DNA of 64,000 nt from Octopus sinensis (taxonomy: Eukaryota). The stretch is taken from the NCBI RefSeq assembly GCF_006345805.1, contig NC_043013.1:10602001-10666000 (forward strand). The letters are read 5' to 3'. Positions 24,205 through 37,384 of this stretch are shown here, piece after piece. The first letter of the stretch is position 1; each line of letters opens with the position of its first letter. The position numbers were made by a program, and so were the translations under genes. Below the pieces are notes generated by a model. The model was not told the origin of the DNA and searched no databases. It saw only the letters and a list, made by a program, of their open reading frames with translations.

Positions 24205-24469
24205 CTTTTAAACCCCCCCCCCCCACACACACACACACGCGGCCCTTACCCACATCCACTTTACCCCAACCACTCCCAACAAATACATACACGCACATAC
24301 ACACATAGATACTTACATAACATTTAAGTATATATGAGCGTGTCTAGGTATGCATGAGAATACATAAAACAACACACAAAGCTGCACGTATACATACATA
24401 CATACATACATACATACATACATACATACATACATACATACATACATACATACATACACACATATATAC

Positions 24470-24595
24470 ATACAAAAATATCTTGTTGTTGATATAGAAA
24501 TTCCAATGAAGGAGCGATGGATCTCGGTTAGAAACTGTCTCTTTCTCTATTGGCAAGAAATCTTGAAATAAAACTGAATAATGGCATACATACTT
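24470..24595 (+). mobile_element. Second copy of the 22820-22940 short repeat, embedded in (TACA)n
   Basis: Follows the (TACA)n tract at 24388-24470 and ends in catacatac. Confidence 0.6.
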
Positions 24596-25248
24596 ACTTA
24601 AATAAGCATATATATATTTGAATGTGTGTGAGTCTGTATGTGTATTTGGTTTTAAATTATATATTGGTAACAGGGGAAATACTTACCAAATGAAGTGTGC
24701 CTGTTACACGTATGTTTTATCCATTACCCTTCTGAACACTAATGAACTAGAACCGAAAAACAAATATGAACACAACTTATTAAATCATAATGTTTAATAC
24801 AGCGAGAGGCAGGACACACGCTCCTTTCATAAATATACGCTTACATTAAAGTCAGCGGGATCAGTTCACATAAGGTGAGAGTACCACGCTCGTTTAAACA
24901 TATACGGATATTGTGTGTTTGTGTGTATGTATACACACACACACACAAGCGTCCTCTCCTGCACTTGAGTCTGATTCTTAAGCTCTTACTGTGAGTGTAT
25001 GTGCGTGTATCGTTTATTTACTCATTGCCTGCCACTAAGTTACTTATATGCACTCACACTTTACCGTATGCATTAACTTTCTCACCCTGCATCTATCGTT
25101 ACTCTCCCGTCCTTATCTTTATGCAATGTTAAGCGTCACTGGAGAAATCAATCAATCAACCAACCAACAAACCAGCATTTATATGATCTATAATTATTTA
25201 GACATATTCAATAAATACTAGATTTGGTTAATAATCCTCTCGACTATA

Positions 25249-25662
25249 GGCACAAGGCCTGGAATTTGTGGGGAGGTGGAAAACCGAATACATCAACCGT
25301 AGTACTTGAATGGTTGTCAATTTATCAATCCCGAAAGGATGAAAGGCAAAGTCGACCTCGGCGGAATTCGAACACAGATCGCAGCGACGGACGAAATACC
25401 GCTAAGTATATCGTCCGGCGTGCTAACGTTTCTTATTTCTTTATTGCCCACAAGGAGCTATACATAGAGGGGAAGACAAGACAGACAAATAGATTAAGTC
25501 GATTACATTGACCCCAGTGCGTAACTGGTACTTAATTTATCGACCCCGAAAGGATGAAAGGCAAAGTCGACCTCGGCGGAATTCGAACACAGATCGCAGC
25601 GACGAACGAAATACCGCTAAGCATTTCGTCCGGCGTGCTAACGTTTCTGCCATCTCACCACC
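25249..25662 (-). mobile_element. SINE family M dimer
   Basis: Two tandem cores share private variants (ttcgaacacagatcgcagcgacg). Confidence 0.85.
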
Positions 25663-26043
25663 TTGTAGATTTGATACATAATAATTACAACCAACATTAA
25701 CGGGCTTCTTTCTGAAAATGCTTTCTCCCATGCTCTCGTGATGGACACTTGCTTGTGGAGTATATTGAATATATGCATTGCGACTGTCTGAAATTCCGTC
25801 TGATAGATTATACCAGTTATTCCAATAGGCAACTAGCCTTCATATGCATGGACCATGTGATGAAGATTTTACCTAAGTATTTGCGGGTCAGTGGAATACT
25901 CAACCACTTGCTAATAAACATTACACACAACCGTATTCGGGGGTCTGTGGAATTCTCAGCTACTTGATAATGAACATCACACGCATCCGTGAAGGCATAA
26001 ACTGAGTAGACCTACAAAATGTATTATACTTACAATTGTAAAC

Positions 26044-26290
26044 GGGTGTAGCTGAGTGGTTAGGGTATTGCCCTCACGATCGTAACATCATCTTTGCGAT
26101 TCCCAATGCATTGTGTTCTTGAGACCAGCACTACATCTTACGTTGCTGGTGTCCACTCAACAGTAAATTGGTAACAATGTGACGGACTGGCGTTTCATTC
26201 AGGAGAAATATTGGATTGCTTGCTTAATAAGCAGGGTAACATCATTCGGATGTTATAAAAATGCGACAAAAGTGCATTGTAAGGAATGGT
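26044..26290 (+). mobile_element. Old SINE family V (tRNA head, V-domain-like gacggactggcgt...cagg)
   Basis: Head gtgtagctgagtggttaggg; 3' part aligns to the 16158-16268 tail; the domain name is from memory. Confidence 0.55.
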
Positions 26291-26359
26291 GTATAAAAGA
26301 AAAAATCGCTAGTCTGATCGATATTTACAAATACATTATCTAATATTTGTAATACTCAT

Positions 26360-26580
26360 AAGGTAGCGAGCTGACAGATTTGATACTGCACCGGGCAAAA
26401 CACAACATGCTTAGCGGAATTCCGTCTGTCTTTACATTCTGAGTTCAAATTCCGCCGAGATCGACTTTTCTTTTACTTCTTTCAGGGTTGACAAAATAAG
26501 TAACAACTGAGCACTGGGACCTATGTATTTGACTTTACCCCCCACCAAAATTACTGATTTGTGCCAAAAATTTGGAATCC
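26360..26580 (+). mobile_element. SINE family M
   Basis: aaggtagcgagctgacaga...ttctgagttcaaattccgccgagatcgac. Confidence 0.8.
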
Positions 26581-27184
26581 ATATCTGTAATGCTCATACA
26601 GCATTTTTTTGAGAGGAAGAATGCTGTTATTTCTAGCAAATTGTGCGGTCATATAGAGGTCGACTTCATCTGCTAGATCGCACAGTATTTCTATAAGATG
26701 ACGATAATGATGAGAAGGACAACGATGTAAATGACGACTTCCAGATACATCTATAATGGCTAAAGAAACTAATAAAGCATAACATAAGAACGATTTATAT
26801 ATATATACATAGGATATAATGAGTAAAACACGTGTGTATATGATGTATATAATAACATTGATACAGTGGTTACTGTATAAACATACACATACACATGTAC
26901 ACTCACATATAAGTATGTATGAATATATGAATGTGTATGCTGTATAAGTTTATTTAAATGTCGATTATATTTGTATGGCGATACAATTTAATGTGTGTGT
27001 GTGAGAGAGAGAGAGAGAAAGGGAGGGAGAGAGAGAGAGAGAGAGAAATAACATGGGATATACAAAAATTCATTCATATATATACATATACGGACATCCG
27101 ACATATTTATGGCTTCCAATGAACTGTGACAACACAGCAGGATAGAAAGATCATGTGCACGCGTGCGTATGTGTGCGTGTGTTT

Positions 27185-27246
<62 letters not shown>

Positions 27247-27447
27247 AGTGTGTGTGTGTGATTTATACATATAATATGCCGAAAGCAGTCTTGTCATCTA
27301 CTTTGTAATCAAAACCATACTTAAAATATTATTATTACTGTGTACACTTGTTCTTCTTGTTGTCGATGCGTGTGTCTTGCTGTTCTGATTGTTAGCGATA
27401 CATCTGCAGAAAAATATACAAAGGAAATTAAGCAAATAGTCATGGAA

Positions 27448-27504
<57 letters not shown>

Positions 27505-27505
<1 letters not shown>

Positions 27506-27700
27506 TAATCATTTCTACTGGATGCACAAGGCCTGAAATTTTTGGGGAAAGGAATTAAGTCGATTTCTTGGACCACAGTGTTTAACTGCTGTTTATTTAA
27601 TCGACCCCAAAAGGATGAAAGTCGACCTCGGCGGAATTTGAACTCAGAACGTAAAGACAGGCGAAATACTTCTAAGGAATTCGTCTGGCGTCTTAGCAAT
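27505..27700 (-). mobile_element. SINE family M with an (ATT)n tail
   Basis: gtcgacctcggcggaatttgaactcagaacg core. Confidence 0.8.
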
Positions 27701-27718
27701 AATAATAATAATAATAAT

Positions 27719-28051
27719 AGTCGATAGATAAGACAGGTTAGCTTGGGAGTCGATAGATACGACAGTTTAGCTTGGGAGGTAAAGCAGTTGTGGTGGATGA
27801 AAAAGGTGGTAGTGGTACCAATAATTGTAGGAGCTCTGGAAACAGTGAGTAAAAATCTTGAGAAGCAAATGAAACAGATAGGGGCTGCAATAAGGGTGGA
27901 GCAATTGCAGAAAACAGCACTGATTGGAACCGTTCGAATACACCGGAAGGTGCTCGAAAAATAAGAGGTGTTACCTTAGTTCACTGGTAGTGAACAGCTG
28001 ACACCGTAGTACATCTCCAGCGTTAGAAGCTGTGCAAAGGCAATAATAATT

Positions 28052-28103
<52 letters not shown>

Positions 28104-28140
28104 TAATAATAATAATAATAATAACAATAACAATAACGAT
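27719..28140 (+). mobile_element. 5'-truncated R4/Dong-like RLE LINE inserted in (AAT)n
   Basis: ORF end ...WEVKQLWWMKKVVVVPIIVGALETVSKNLE...LQKTALIGTVRIHRKVLEK* (27743-27964), typical of R4/Dong C-termini; (AAT)n on both sides. Confidence 0.75.
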
Positions 28141-28802
28141 GATAATTCTGTGTTCATTGCAATCGACTTCCTGTCGATTACATAACTTGCTGCCTTAGTG
28201 CCAAGAATAACAGACAATTTTATCATTATATCCACTAAAAGCTCGTAAGCTGCTGAATTAGAACACTGACTGATCAAATGATTTCAGGCTGTTGCAAATG
28301 TTTATTCCTGTATCAAGCTATAATCAAGGAGAACTATCACAAAAATCAGTGCAGCTTTGAACATCAGGTCTTTTTCCTATCTGCAATGATCCTAGGACGA
28401 CATTGTCGGCCGTCCCTTTCGATTCTAAAAGTGACAGTTCACAAAAATTTCCTAGCTATTTCTAGCAGCTTGAAGAACCAAGCAATATTTCATCCTTGAT
28501 TCGCATTATGCATTGCTCTAAGTAATATAAATCTGAGGTGGACCTTGTCTTTCATAAACCGGGGATCGATAATATAAAATACCAGTGATGTACCCGGGTT
28601 AATTTATTCTAAAACTTGAAGCTTTGTGCCTAAATTTTTCAAACGAAGGCAATTACGGAAAAGACGGATGTTTTAGACATACAAATGACGTTATTAATAT
28701 TCGAACACTAAACATGGTCAAAAACAACCTAACTGGGCAAACTATTAGCTTAGCAAAATTTTTATTAAAAAAGGGGTGGGGGAGAAGCTTTGCCAGAATC
28801 CT

Positions 28803-29081
28803 TCGCCGATGACGAATGTGCTGCAACCTACTTGCAGCCGTCAAAAAAGAACGGCTGCAGGGGTTGCATCTGAAGAAAAACTGAGTAGAACCTAAGGAAG
28901 GCACACCAGATGTACCACCGCACTTGCCAACGTGACACCTCATAGAATGCAGGTGCCCGCTCTCCCTACTATATTTACTACATCTGTAGACCGGCTTCAT
29001 GCCGTGCCTACAGTCCAAATGTTTTCACCAACGGCGGGGAGAAGAAAAGCGCAGAGGACATAGCGGACAGGCTATGGAGCA
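28803..29081 (-). mobile_element. N-terminal three-zinc-finger region of an R2-like non-LTR element (pseudogenised)
   Basis: One frame: CPLC-x12-H-x4-H (internal stop), YRCSK(Y)...CHVGKC (CCHC type), FRCNPC-x12-HIRHR(R); the CCHH-CCHC-CCHH order matches R2 clade A. Confidence 0.65.
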
Positions 29082-29547
29082 GGAAGTTATCTTTTCGTTT
29101 AGAATTTTGACTTCGAGTCAAATGAATTTGAGTACATTTACGAGAAATAGTGTACACTTTGGGAATTGTTTCCTTTGACGAGTGACTCATTTAGTAAAAA
29201 TGAACTTGAAGGCAACTGACCTAGTACTTTTGTTTTTGGTACCTTTGTTTTTGACGCTGAAAACATGAAGAGCAAAAAATATGAACTCAGGATATAAAGA
29301 AACAAAAACTCTTTCTGGATTCAAATTACCCTTCTATTCAAGAACTTTACTATATCTGAAAAATCAATAATAATTCTACCAGTACATCAGAACACTTTTT
29401 CATTTTGTCTTGCAGGTTTAGGATCGGTGTATACGCGTGAACACACAGATAGCTAGATACACAGATACATACATACATACATATATACATACATACATAC
29501 ATATATACATACATACATACATATATATATATAATATATATATATAT

Positions 29548-29578
<31 letters not shown>

Positions 29579-29602
29579 ATATACATATATATATACATAT
29601 AT

Positions 29603-29648
<46 letters not shown>

Positions 29649-29754
29649 TATATATATATATATATATACATATATATATAAATAGATAGATAGATAAATA
29701 GATAGTAGATAGACAGAAAGACAGACAGGTAGACTGATTGACTGACAGATAGGC

Positions 29755-29817
<63 letters not shown>

Positions 29818-30338
29818 AAAATAAATAGATAGATGGATGTATAGATAGATAGAAAGATTTAGCATTAACAAGCCGGTACAGCACCATGTTCATCAAGGTA
29901 ACATTGACAGTGTTCACTAAATTTTTTAGAGTTATCTGCTATGTTTATAACGTTTCGGTTAATTATTTTCGTGATATCGGACTCAAAGCCATATATCATA
30001 TGTACCATTTATAAAAGTCGTTCTAGTTTGTCACGGCTACATAGATTTATCTACCGGTAGACAACATATATAAAGCAATTTCAAAATATCATACAGTTTT
30101 CTTTATTCACGGTAGTATATTCAAAAATCTGTCAATCACTCAATGTGTGACTGTGTGAGTGTGTGTAAGTGTGAGTGAGTGTGTGTGAGAAAGAGAGGGG
30201 GATGGCGTTTGTTTGTGAGAGAGGGAGATTGTGCGTATTGAAGTTACAAATAAAGAGAACTTGACATTAACATGAAAGATTACCAATAATTTGTTCAAGA
30301 GTGCGTATCTATAAACTTTTACATAGAAAAGATTGATA

Positions 30339-30420
30339 GTGACTTCGAAGTTTCAGCTTGCACACCTTCATCAAACTCTTTAGTGAAGACGGGAAAAGCG
30401 AAACTCCGAAGTCACCGTCA
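30339..30420. ncRNA. Inverted pair of degenerate hammerhead-like motifs
   Basis: Minus: gagt-TTGATGA...GAA-ACTTCGAAGT-C-act; plus: tagt-GAAGA...GAA-ACTCCGAAGT-C-acc; the flanks are also inverted-homologous. Confidence 0.45.
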
Positions 30421-30509
30421 ACATTTTCAATATCAAACTCTCTCTCCTTCTCCCATTCTCTCACTCTGACTCTGTGTATTCATATACGTATATATATATA
30501 TATATATAT

Positions 30510-30572
<63 letters not shown>

Positions 30573-30724
30573 TGTTTCTTTATTAGCCACACAGGGCTGC
30601 ACACAGATAGAACAAATTACAAGGTAGAGCTTTTCTTTTGGGGGTAAAAAAAAAAAAAAAAGGAGAGTGGTGGTTTTCGATCAAAAGGGATCGTAAAAGG
30701 AAAGATAAAGGACGTACCTCCCCC

Positions 30725-30814
<90 letters not shown>

Positions 30815-32199
30815 GAAGATAGATAGATATTGATATACATATAAGTATACATGCATGCACACAAAACGCATACATACACACATGCAGACACGTGGCCAGG
30901 TGTACTTCTGTATATAACTTCGTGTGTAGATATATACGTATATGTGGTGCGTGTGTATGTATGTATAAGCGCATAAATATATACAAATAGACACGCACAC
31001 ACATACAAACAGACACACGCAAAGACATGTATACAAACACAGAAGCATACACATAAGCACACATATACATATTACTATGCTCATACCTATATATATTGTC
31101 CTTACATATTTTTAATCTAATTTCATTATTTTTCTGCTTGCTCTACTGCTACATGTGAACTGAAGCGATCACTGTATGGTGTTGGCTGCGACTATGGTTG
31201 AACTCATAGTTAACGTCGCAGTAACATTATACAAAGTAATGATATATAATTATAAAAGATAATTCTGTAGTCCGACATTAAGCAAAACGTAAACTTTTCA
31301 ACTATGTTAGATGTAGTGTGTGTAGGAGAGGAAGAAGTAAGAGGGGAGAAGAATAGAGAGCGGGAGTGAGAGAGTGATTGAAAGAGCAAGGGAGAAAGAG
31401 AGAGATTGAAAGAGCGATAGAGAGAGAAGAAAATATTGAAAACTTATTTCAAAATAGTTATTTTGTCTTATTTGGCTAGTTGACAGAACACGTTCGAGTT
31501 TTTGAAGAGGACACCTTGGAATGCGGATACTGCGCCAATACAAGCGATGGAGGCTCTGAAGATGTATAAGTATGTGCGCGTTTGTTTGAGAGTATCTGTT
31601 TTTGTGTTTTGTGTATGTGGTGGAGGTGAGCGTGCGTTTACAGCTTGATATGTTTGCAAGCACGCATGTACATACATATAATAATGTTGATAATAATAAT
31701 TGATTCAAATTTCGGCTTAATGCCATCAATTTCAGAAGAGGTGTTTAGTTAATACCCCAGTGCTCAACTAGTACTTCTTTTATCGAGCTCAAAAGGATTA
31801 AAGGCAAAATCAGATCTTTGAAATAATTGTAACTTTATCTTTGCATCTCGAAATCTTAATGTCTGCAATAACACTCTTAGGGCGTGGAGAAAATTACATT
31901 GGTCAGACGGGAGGGGAGCACACGACAACGTATAACTCTGCATAGATTACAAATTAAACTACTGGAATAATGACAAATAGGACTCCGTGAACTTATAGAG
32001 ACATGCTCCGGCAAGAACCTGTCGAAATTTAGAATTTTTCCTCGATATAAGCTTAGTAATAACATAACACAACGTCAAGGCATCAGCAAATAAATGTTTT
32101 CATAACCAAACACCACCCACATTTAAATGCCTGTGGTAGAGTGAAGGAGACGATTACTACTACCAGCACTAGTGCAGTTTTAGTATATACGCCACAACG

Positions 32200-32400
32200 T
32201 GGAGGCGCATGGCCTAGTGGTTAGAGCAGCGGAATCGCGGTCTCGAGATCACAGGTTCGAATCTCAGACTGGGCGATGTGTGTGTTTATGAGCGAAACAC
32301 CTAAGCTCCACGCGGCTCTGGCAGAAGGTAATGGCGAACTTCTGCTGACTCTTTCACCACAACTTTCTCTCCCTCTTTCCTCCTGCATCTTGCAGCTCAC
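32200..32400 (+). mobile_element. SINE family C-related copy, 5' half
   Basis: ggaggcgcatggcctagtggttag...ggttcgaatc...gagcgaaacacctaagctccacg. Confidence 0.8.
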
Positions 32401-32689
32401 CTATTTCACAACAGTATATACTCATACTAAACCATCAATATACATATATACATCAAAATGCACAGATAGATGTACACAGATCACATACATATGCATACAT
32501 ATAAATGCAAAACGTAAAAGTGAAATATATTAATATAATTTATTTTTATATATTAATTGTATTAATCGAATTATATTTTTCTATATAATTAATGACAATA
32601 TGTATTTTAAATCCGCTCTTCAATTTAAGGTATTTCCTCGATTTTTTGTAATTAATATCGAATTAATTTATCTTGTCTATTTTGTTTAT

Positions 32690-32943
32690 CGCATGCTTAA
32701 GACCGTTATTTGAAAGGACCAATGAAACAAATCCATTTTTAAAGGTGTATCCTTTAACTAGTTTTGATCAAATAGTTATTTCTGTTCTATTTTAACAAAA
32801 CTGTCCGACGAACGGGAACGTGAAACTCTGAGTAACAGCTTTTGTTATATTTCAGCTGCTTTTAAATAAAACATATTACTCTACCGCTGGTATTTGAGTA
32901 CTCTCTTTTCCACCTTGTTTCACATTTATGTGCTTACTCCGGT
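32690..32943 (+). mobile_element. Penelope-type terminal repeat family B (relatives at 37385-37525 +, 49244-49340 -, 54540-54690 -)
   Basis: Shared tail ...cagctgctttaaataaa.catattactctacc.ctggtatttgagtactct...cacatttatgtg.ttactccgg; contains a hammerhead. Confidence 0.7.
32794..32846 (+). ncRNA. Minimal type I hammerhead ribozyme-like motif (CCGACGA core, GUA cleavage triplet)
   Basis: aacaaaactgt-CCGACGA-acg(ggaa)cgt-GAA-ACTC(t)GAGT-A-acag(c)ttttgtt: 11-bp stem I, GNRA-capped stem II. Confidence 0.65.
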
Positions 32944-32972
32944 ATATATATATATATATGTATATATATATA

Positions 32973-33633
32973 CTAGCATGGAAGACCCGTCGTTGCCGGG
33001 TCATAGTGCATGTATATATGTGTACATATTACATGTACATCTATATATATATACAACTACACATAAAATGCAAAATACAAAGTTATATCTTGATATCGCT
33101 AGTGATAACAATACTCAAAATATATAACAGACTGGAATTGTTAGCTCTTCTTTTTCTCTACATTGTATACTTTATAGACAATAGTCTTTTCTTTAATTTA
33201 ATTTTTTATTATCCATCTGGATTATTCCATTTCTGCACGCTAATTTTATTTTTAATTTATTACCATTCATGTGAAACCACTTGTTCAAGTTCAAATCATT
33301 GATGCAAATTGATACCAATTGCTATTTTTACTTTTTTTTATGTTACGATTATATTATACTTTAGTTTGATTTTAATTATTACTTACTACGTATAATTCAA
33401 TTGTTATTATCATTTTTATTGTTAAAGTGAAAGTATCTGACATAAAATAGAGAAATATTTTTGTTTCATTTTAACACGTAATACTGATATAGTGGAGAAG
33501 ATATGATATTGCTATGGGCTCGCTCTAGGCAAGAAGTTGAACATTTTTTTCCCATGAAACTACATGGACACTATGTAAGGCATGTGTAACATTTGAATGA
33601 AATTGGTTGTGTAGTTCTCAAGTTTTAGGGAAC

Positions 33634-33692
<59 letters not shown>

Positions 33693-33720
33693 CACATTCT
33701 CAGTTTTATATATATAAAGA
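32973..33720 (-). mobile_element. Non-autonomous Helitron with an internal (GACA)n tract
   Basis: Minus strand A|TCtttatatatataaaactgag...acccggcaacgacgggt hairpin...CTAG|T. Confidence 0.75.
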
Positions 33721-34142
33721 TTTACCTTTTCTGTGAAGCTAACAAGCTTTTTTAAAGCCTGTTATAAGACTGTGCATCATTATAGAACTTTGGAAGTCTG
33801 CTTACTATCTAAATTTGCTTTTTATAGAACTCTCTTCGATACTTCATGAGTGTAGCCTCACCCCCTAGGATGCTTGGAGAACTCATATGTGTTTTGGCTG
33901 ATGAGTACGGGACACTTGTTATTTGCTGCAATATTTGCAGCTTTTAATAAAGCTGGTCTTCGTATGAAACAATCGTACTGAAAAACTAATCATTCTTGTT
34001 GCTTTTTCTTGTTTATAATCACCCACCCACATTATTTTATGGTTAATACCATATAGTTTTCTGGTGCATCTATTAAGTACCGCAATCAAGTGAATTCAAT
34101 AGAACTCACTTGAATCTTAATTGCTTTTACTGAATTATAAAG

Positions 34143-34174
<32 letters not shown>

Positions 34175-34220
34175 ATACATGTATAATGCATACATACCAC
34201 ACACACACACATACACACAC

Positions 34221-34254
<34 letters not shown>

Positions 34255-34499
34255 AATATACATATATGCTTATGTATATGGGTCACAAAAGTGACGGAGT
34301 GTGCTGGTTAGCACCAATTATGCTAACATAAGTGTTAAATTAACTCTAAAGCAAACTTTTTAATGACTGACAAAGGGAGGTAAATCCCTAGCATATGAAG
34401 CCGTATCACGATTTCGAACTCATATACCCACGTATATAAATGTAAATCTATCTGTATATGTGTGTGTAATCTGTGTAGATATACATATGGATCTATGTA

Positions 34500-34575
<76 letters not shown>

Positions 34576-34764
34576 AGTCTGTCTGTCTGTCTGTCTGTCT
34601 GTCTACCTATCTATATATCTATCTCTATATCTATCAATGTGTCTGTCTGTCTATCTATCTGTCTATCTATCTATCTATCTATCTATAGATATATATATAT
34701 ATATATATTATATATTTATCTTTCTAACTATCTATCTATCTATCTGTCTATCTATCTATCTATC

Positions 34765-34807
<43 letters not shown>

Positions 34808-34847
34808 CTCTCCTCTCTCTCTCCCTCTCTCCTCTCTCTCTCTTCTT

Positions 34848-34890
<43 letters not shown>

Positions 34891-37178
34891 GCGCGCACAC
34901 ATATTGTGCTCACACGTATGTAAATAGGGATGTATGTTCCTCCAAATACCCTAATATTTTTTCCTTTCCCTATCTGACATTGATTGAATAGTGCTCACTT
35001 ATTTGACAAATCTGTGGTTTATTACTAAATAACACTTTCTCGGACTCGAAATTGCTTCCATTGGTTCCTCTTAGTTTATTGGTTTCTATCTTGTATTGTT
35101 TGTTTTGACTACACGTGAAAATACATTAGTTAATGTTTTATACATGTTGTCGTTTATCAAAGATGACGAATTATCGTCCGGGTATGTTACTGACTACGAA
35201 TACGTGCCAGTAAAATGGTCCAAAATGGTTGAAATGAATGTAGCTTTCTCGCTGGAGGCTTCAGTGATTAATCTTCATCTTAATGACATTTTTTATTGTG
35301 TTATTCACATAGGAAGTCCATAAGTGTTGCCATCTTTGGACAAATACTTCAGTAACTGGCTTACCAAATCCATGCGTACATTAAGTATGATACACAAATG
35401 ACTATTTTATTTTAATATTGTTTCAATTATGTATAACGGATTTTATTCGCAATATCAGTATATGTTTTGCTTCCTCTTTCGTATGTCATAGGCAACGAAC
35501 TCCCATCCGAGCATGTGGCTGTCTGCGAGCACGTACTATTAAAAAAGTTCCAAATGGACGAAACACTTGTGGCGTTCATGCTGTCCGCTTCTATGACGAA
35601 TCTTCATTTCTCCCTCTCTCTTTCTCTCTTTCTCTCTTTCTCTCTCTCTCTCCTCTCTCTCTCTCCTTTCTCTGTCTTTGATATTTATTATAATTTTAAT
35701 ACATCAAGTCCATGACAGGCGTCGGCACAAATAATGCAGTAACTGATCTGTTGACTCTGTGTATACATTAGATATGATATACAGAAGCAATTTTTGTCAC
35801 ACGTAAATTGTTGTTATTCTCAATCCTATATCACAGTTTCGAATCACTGCTCTTCAGCATGTTGGCAAGTTATCCCTTAGAGTATCCTGAACACCCGCGC
35901 TCCTGCACGCTTTGTCGTCCGATTGTTCGGTGGTATTTTTTCCCGACTTTGGTGACGACAACCTCAACCTCCTAGCCATCCACCTCGAACCAACGCGTTC
36001 CTTCCTACATTGTTCGCCGTCCACCGCAGCTGGTGCAATTGACTGCAGAAGAATTAACTTTGATGGCTGGAAATAGCTTCTAAATCTGCCTCAAATAATA
36101 TCTTGTCTTAAATCACAAATAGATAGACTAGATAACTCATTCTTACATAACCCTTCAAAAAGTGGCTTATTCGTGAATGGGATACCTTTATATAAGTTTG
36201 CTCGAATTAGGCTGAATGAGGCTAAAAAGTCACATAAACAACAATAGAAGGGAATCGATAAAATGAGCTTCTGTTCGGTCACTCGACATGCTAGATAGCA
36301 TAGCCGCTGAAATCACTCACGAATCAGATATTCCATGTAAGAAAACGAAACACGTTGGATAGTATAACCCCGTCTTTACTGCTTGGGAAGAAGACGGGTT
36401 GAAGTGAGTTTAATGGAGAGGATATAAGTACATCACAAGGCTAGAGGACAAATTAGAGGATAGTATATATGGTTTCATGGATTTCATTGTTCCGGCTCTC
36501 ATAGCTTGGCGTTCATATCCTGATTTTCCTTTCACCTATGCCAGCCATTCTTTTGGGAGCCGATAAGATGTTTCTATCCTTTTATTAATTCTTTCAGTCT
36601 ATTTAGTCTCTACTTTGTTGGGAAGTGATCAGATGTGGGCAAACATGGAGATGGATAAGCTACACCAGATCTAGAATTCCCTCAAGATACGCCTAATGTC
36701 CCAACGGTGCTTTTGTGACTCTTGGAATGAACAGAGGACCTACTGTAAGGCAAACCATATTACAGGATAACAGGATACTTTTGATCATGCAGAATGCCTT
36801 TCAATGCCCACTCGATCATAGCTGATCTAAGGGTTAAAATAATAGCAACATCAACCACAGCAACAACAAGACCCTCCACAAAAACACATCCTCATAAATA
36901 TAAAGACGTCATATGTAATATTCTCAAGTTACAGCTTCCGTTAATCTCGCGATGAGGTTCACAAGAAATGGGACAGAACTTGTGATAAGCTTCCTTGATT
37001 TCCGGTTTGAACCAGTTTTGTATATGCCCTTATGCCAAGGATACCTCTAATAAGATATGGTTTTCATAACACTTAATTTTTTCCGATATGTGAATATCTA
37101 TGTGTGTGATTGTGTGTGTGTGTGTGGGTTGTTAGGGTAAGCATCGTGTTGTTATATGTATATATATAATCTATATAT

Positions 37179-37217
<39 letters not shown>

Positions 37218-37384
37218 CACACACATACATATATAAACATGCATGTATATATAAAGTACATTATATATATATATACATACATATCGTTACTATTATGTTG
37301 TGTATCCAAATTTCTCCAAATGCGGTTTTTTTATCTATATCTATATTTATATATATGTATATACTGTATTAATAAAGATTAAAA

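Noticed and set aside
35096-35715. ORFs at 35096-35323, 35418-35681 and 35467-35715 as host exons
   Set aside because: Splice signals are ambiguous, several frames are open, and no domain is recognisable; only a possible micro-exon is mentioned as a hint
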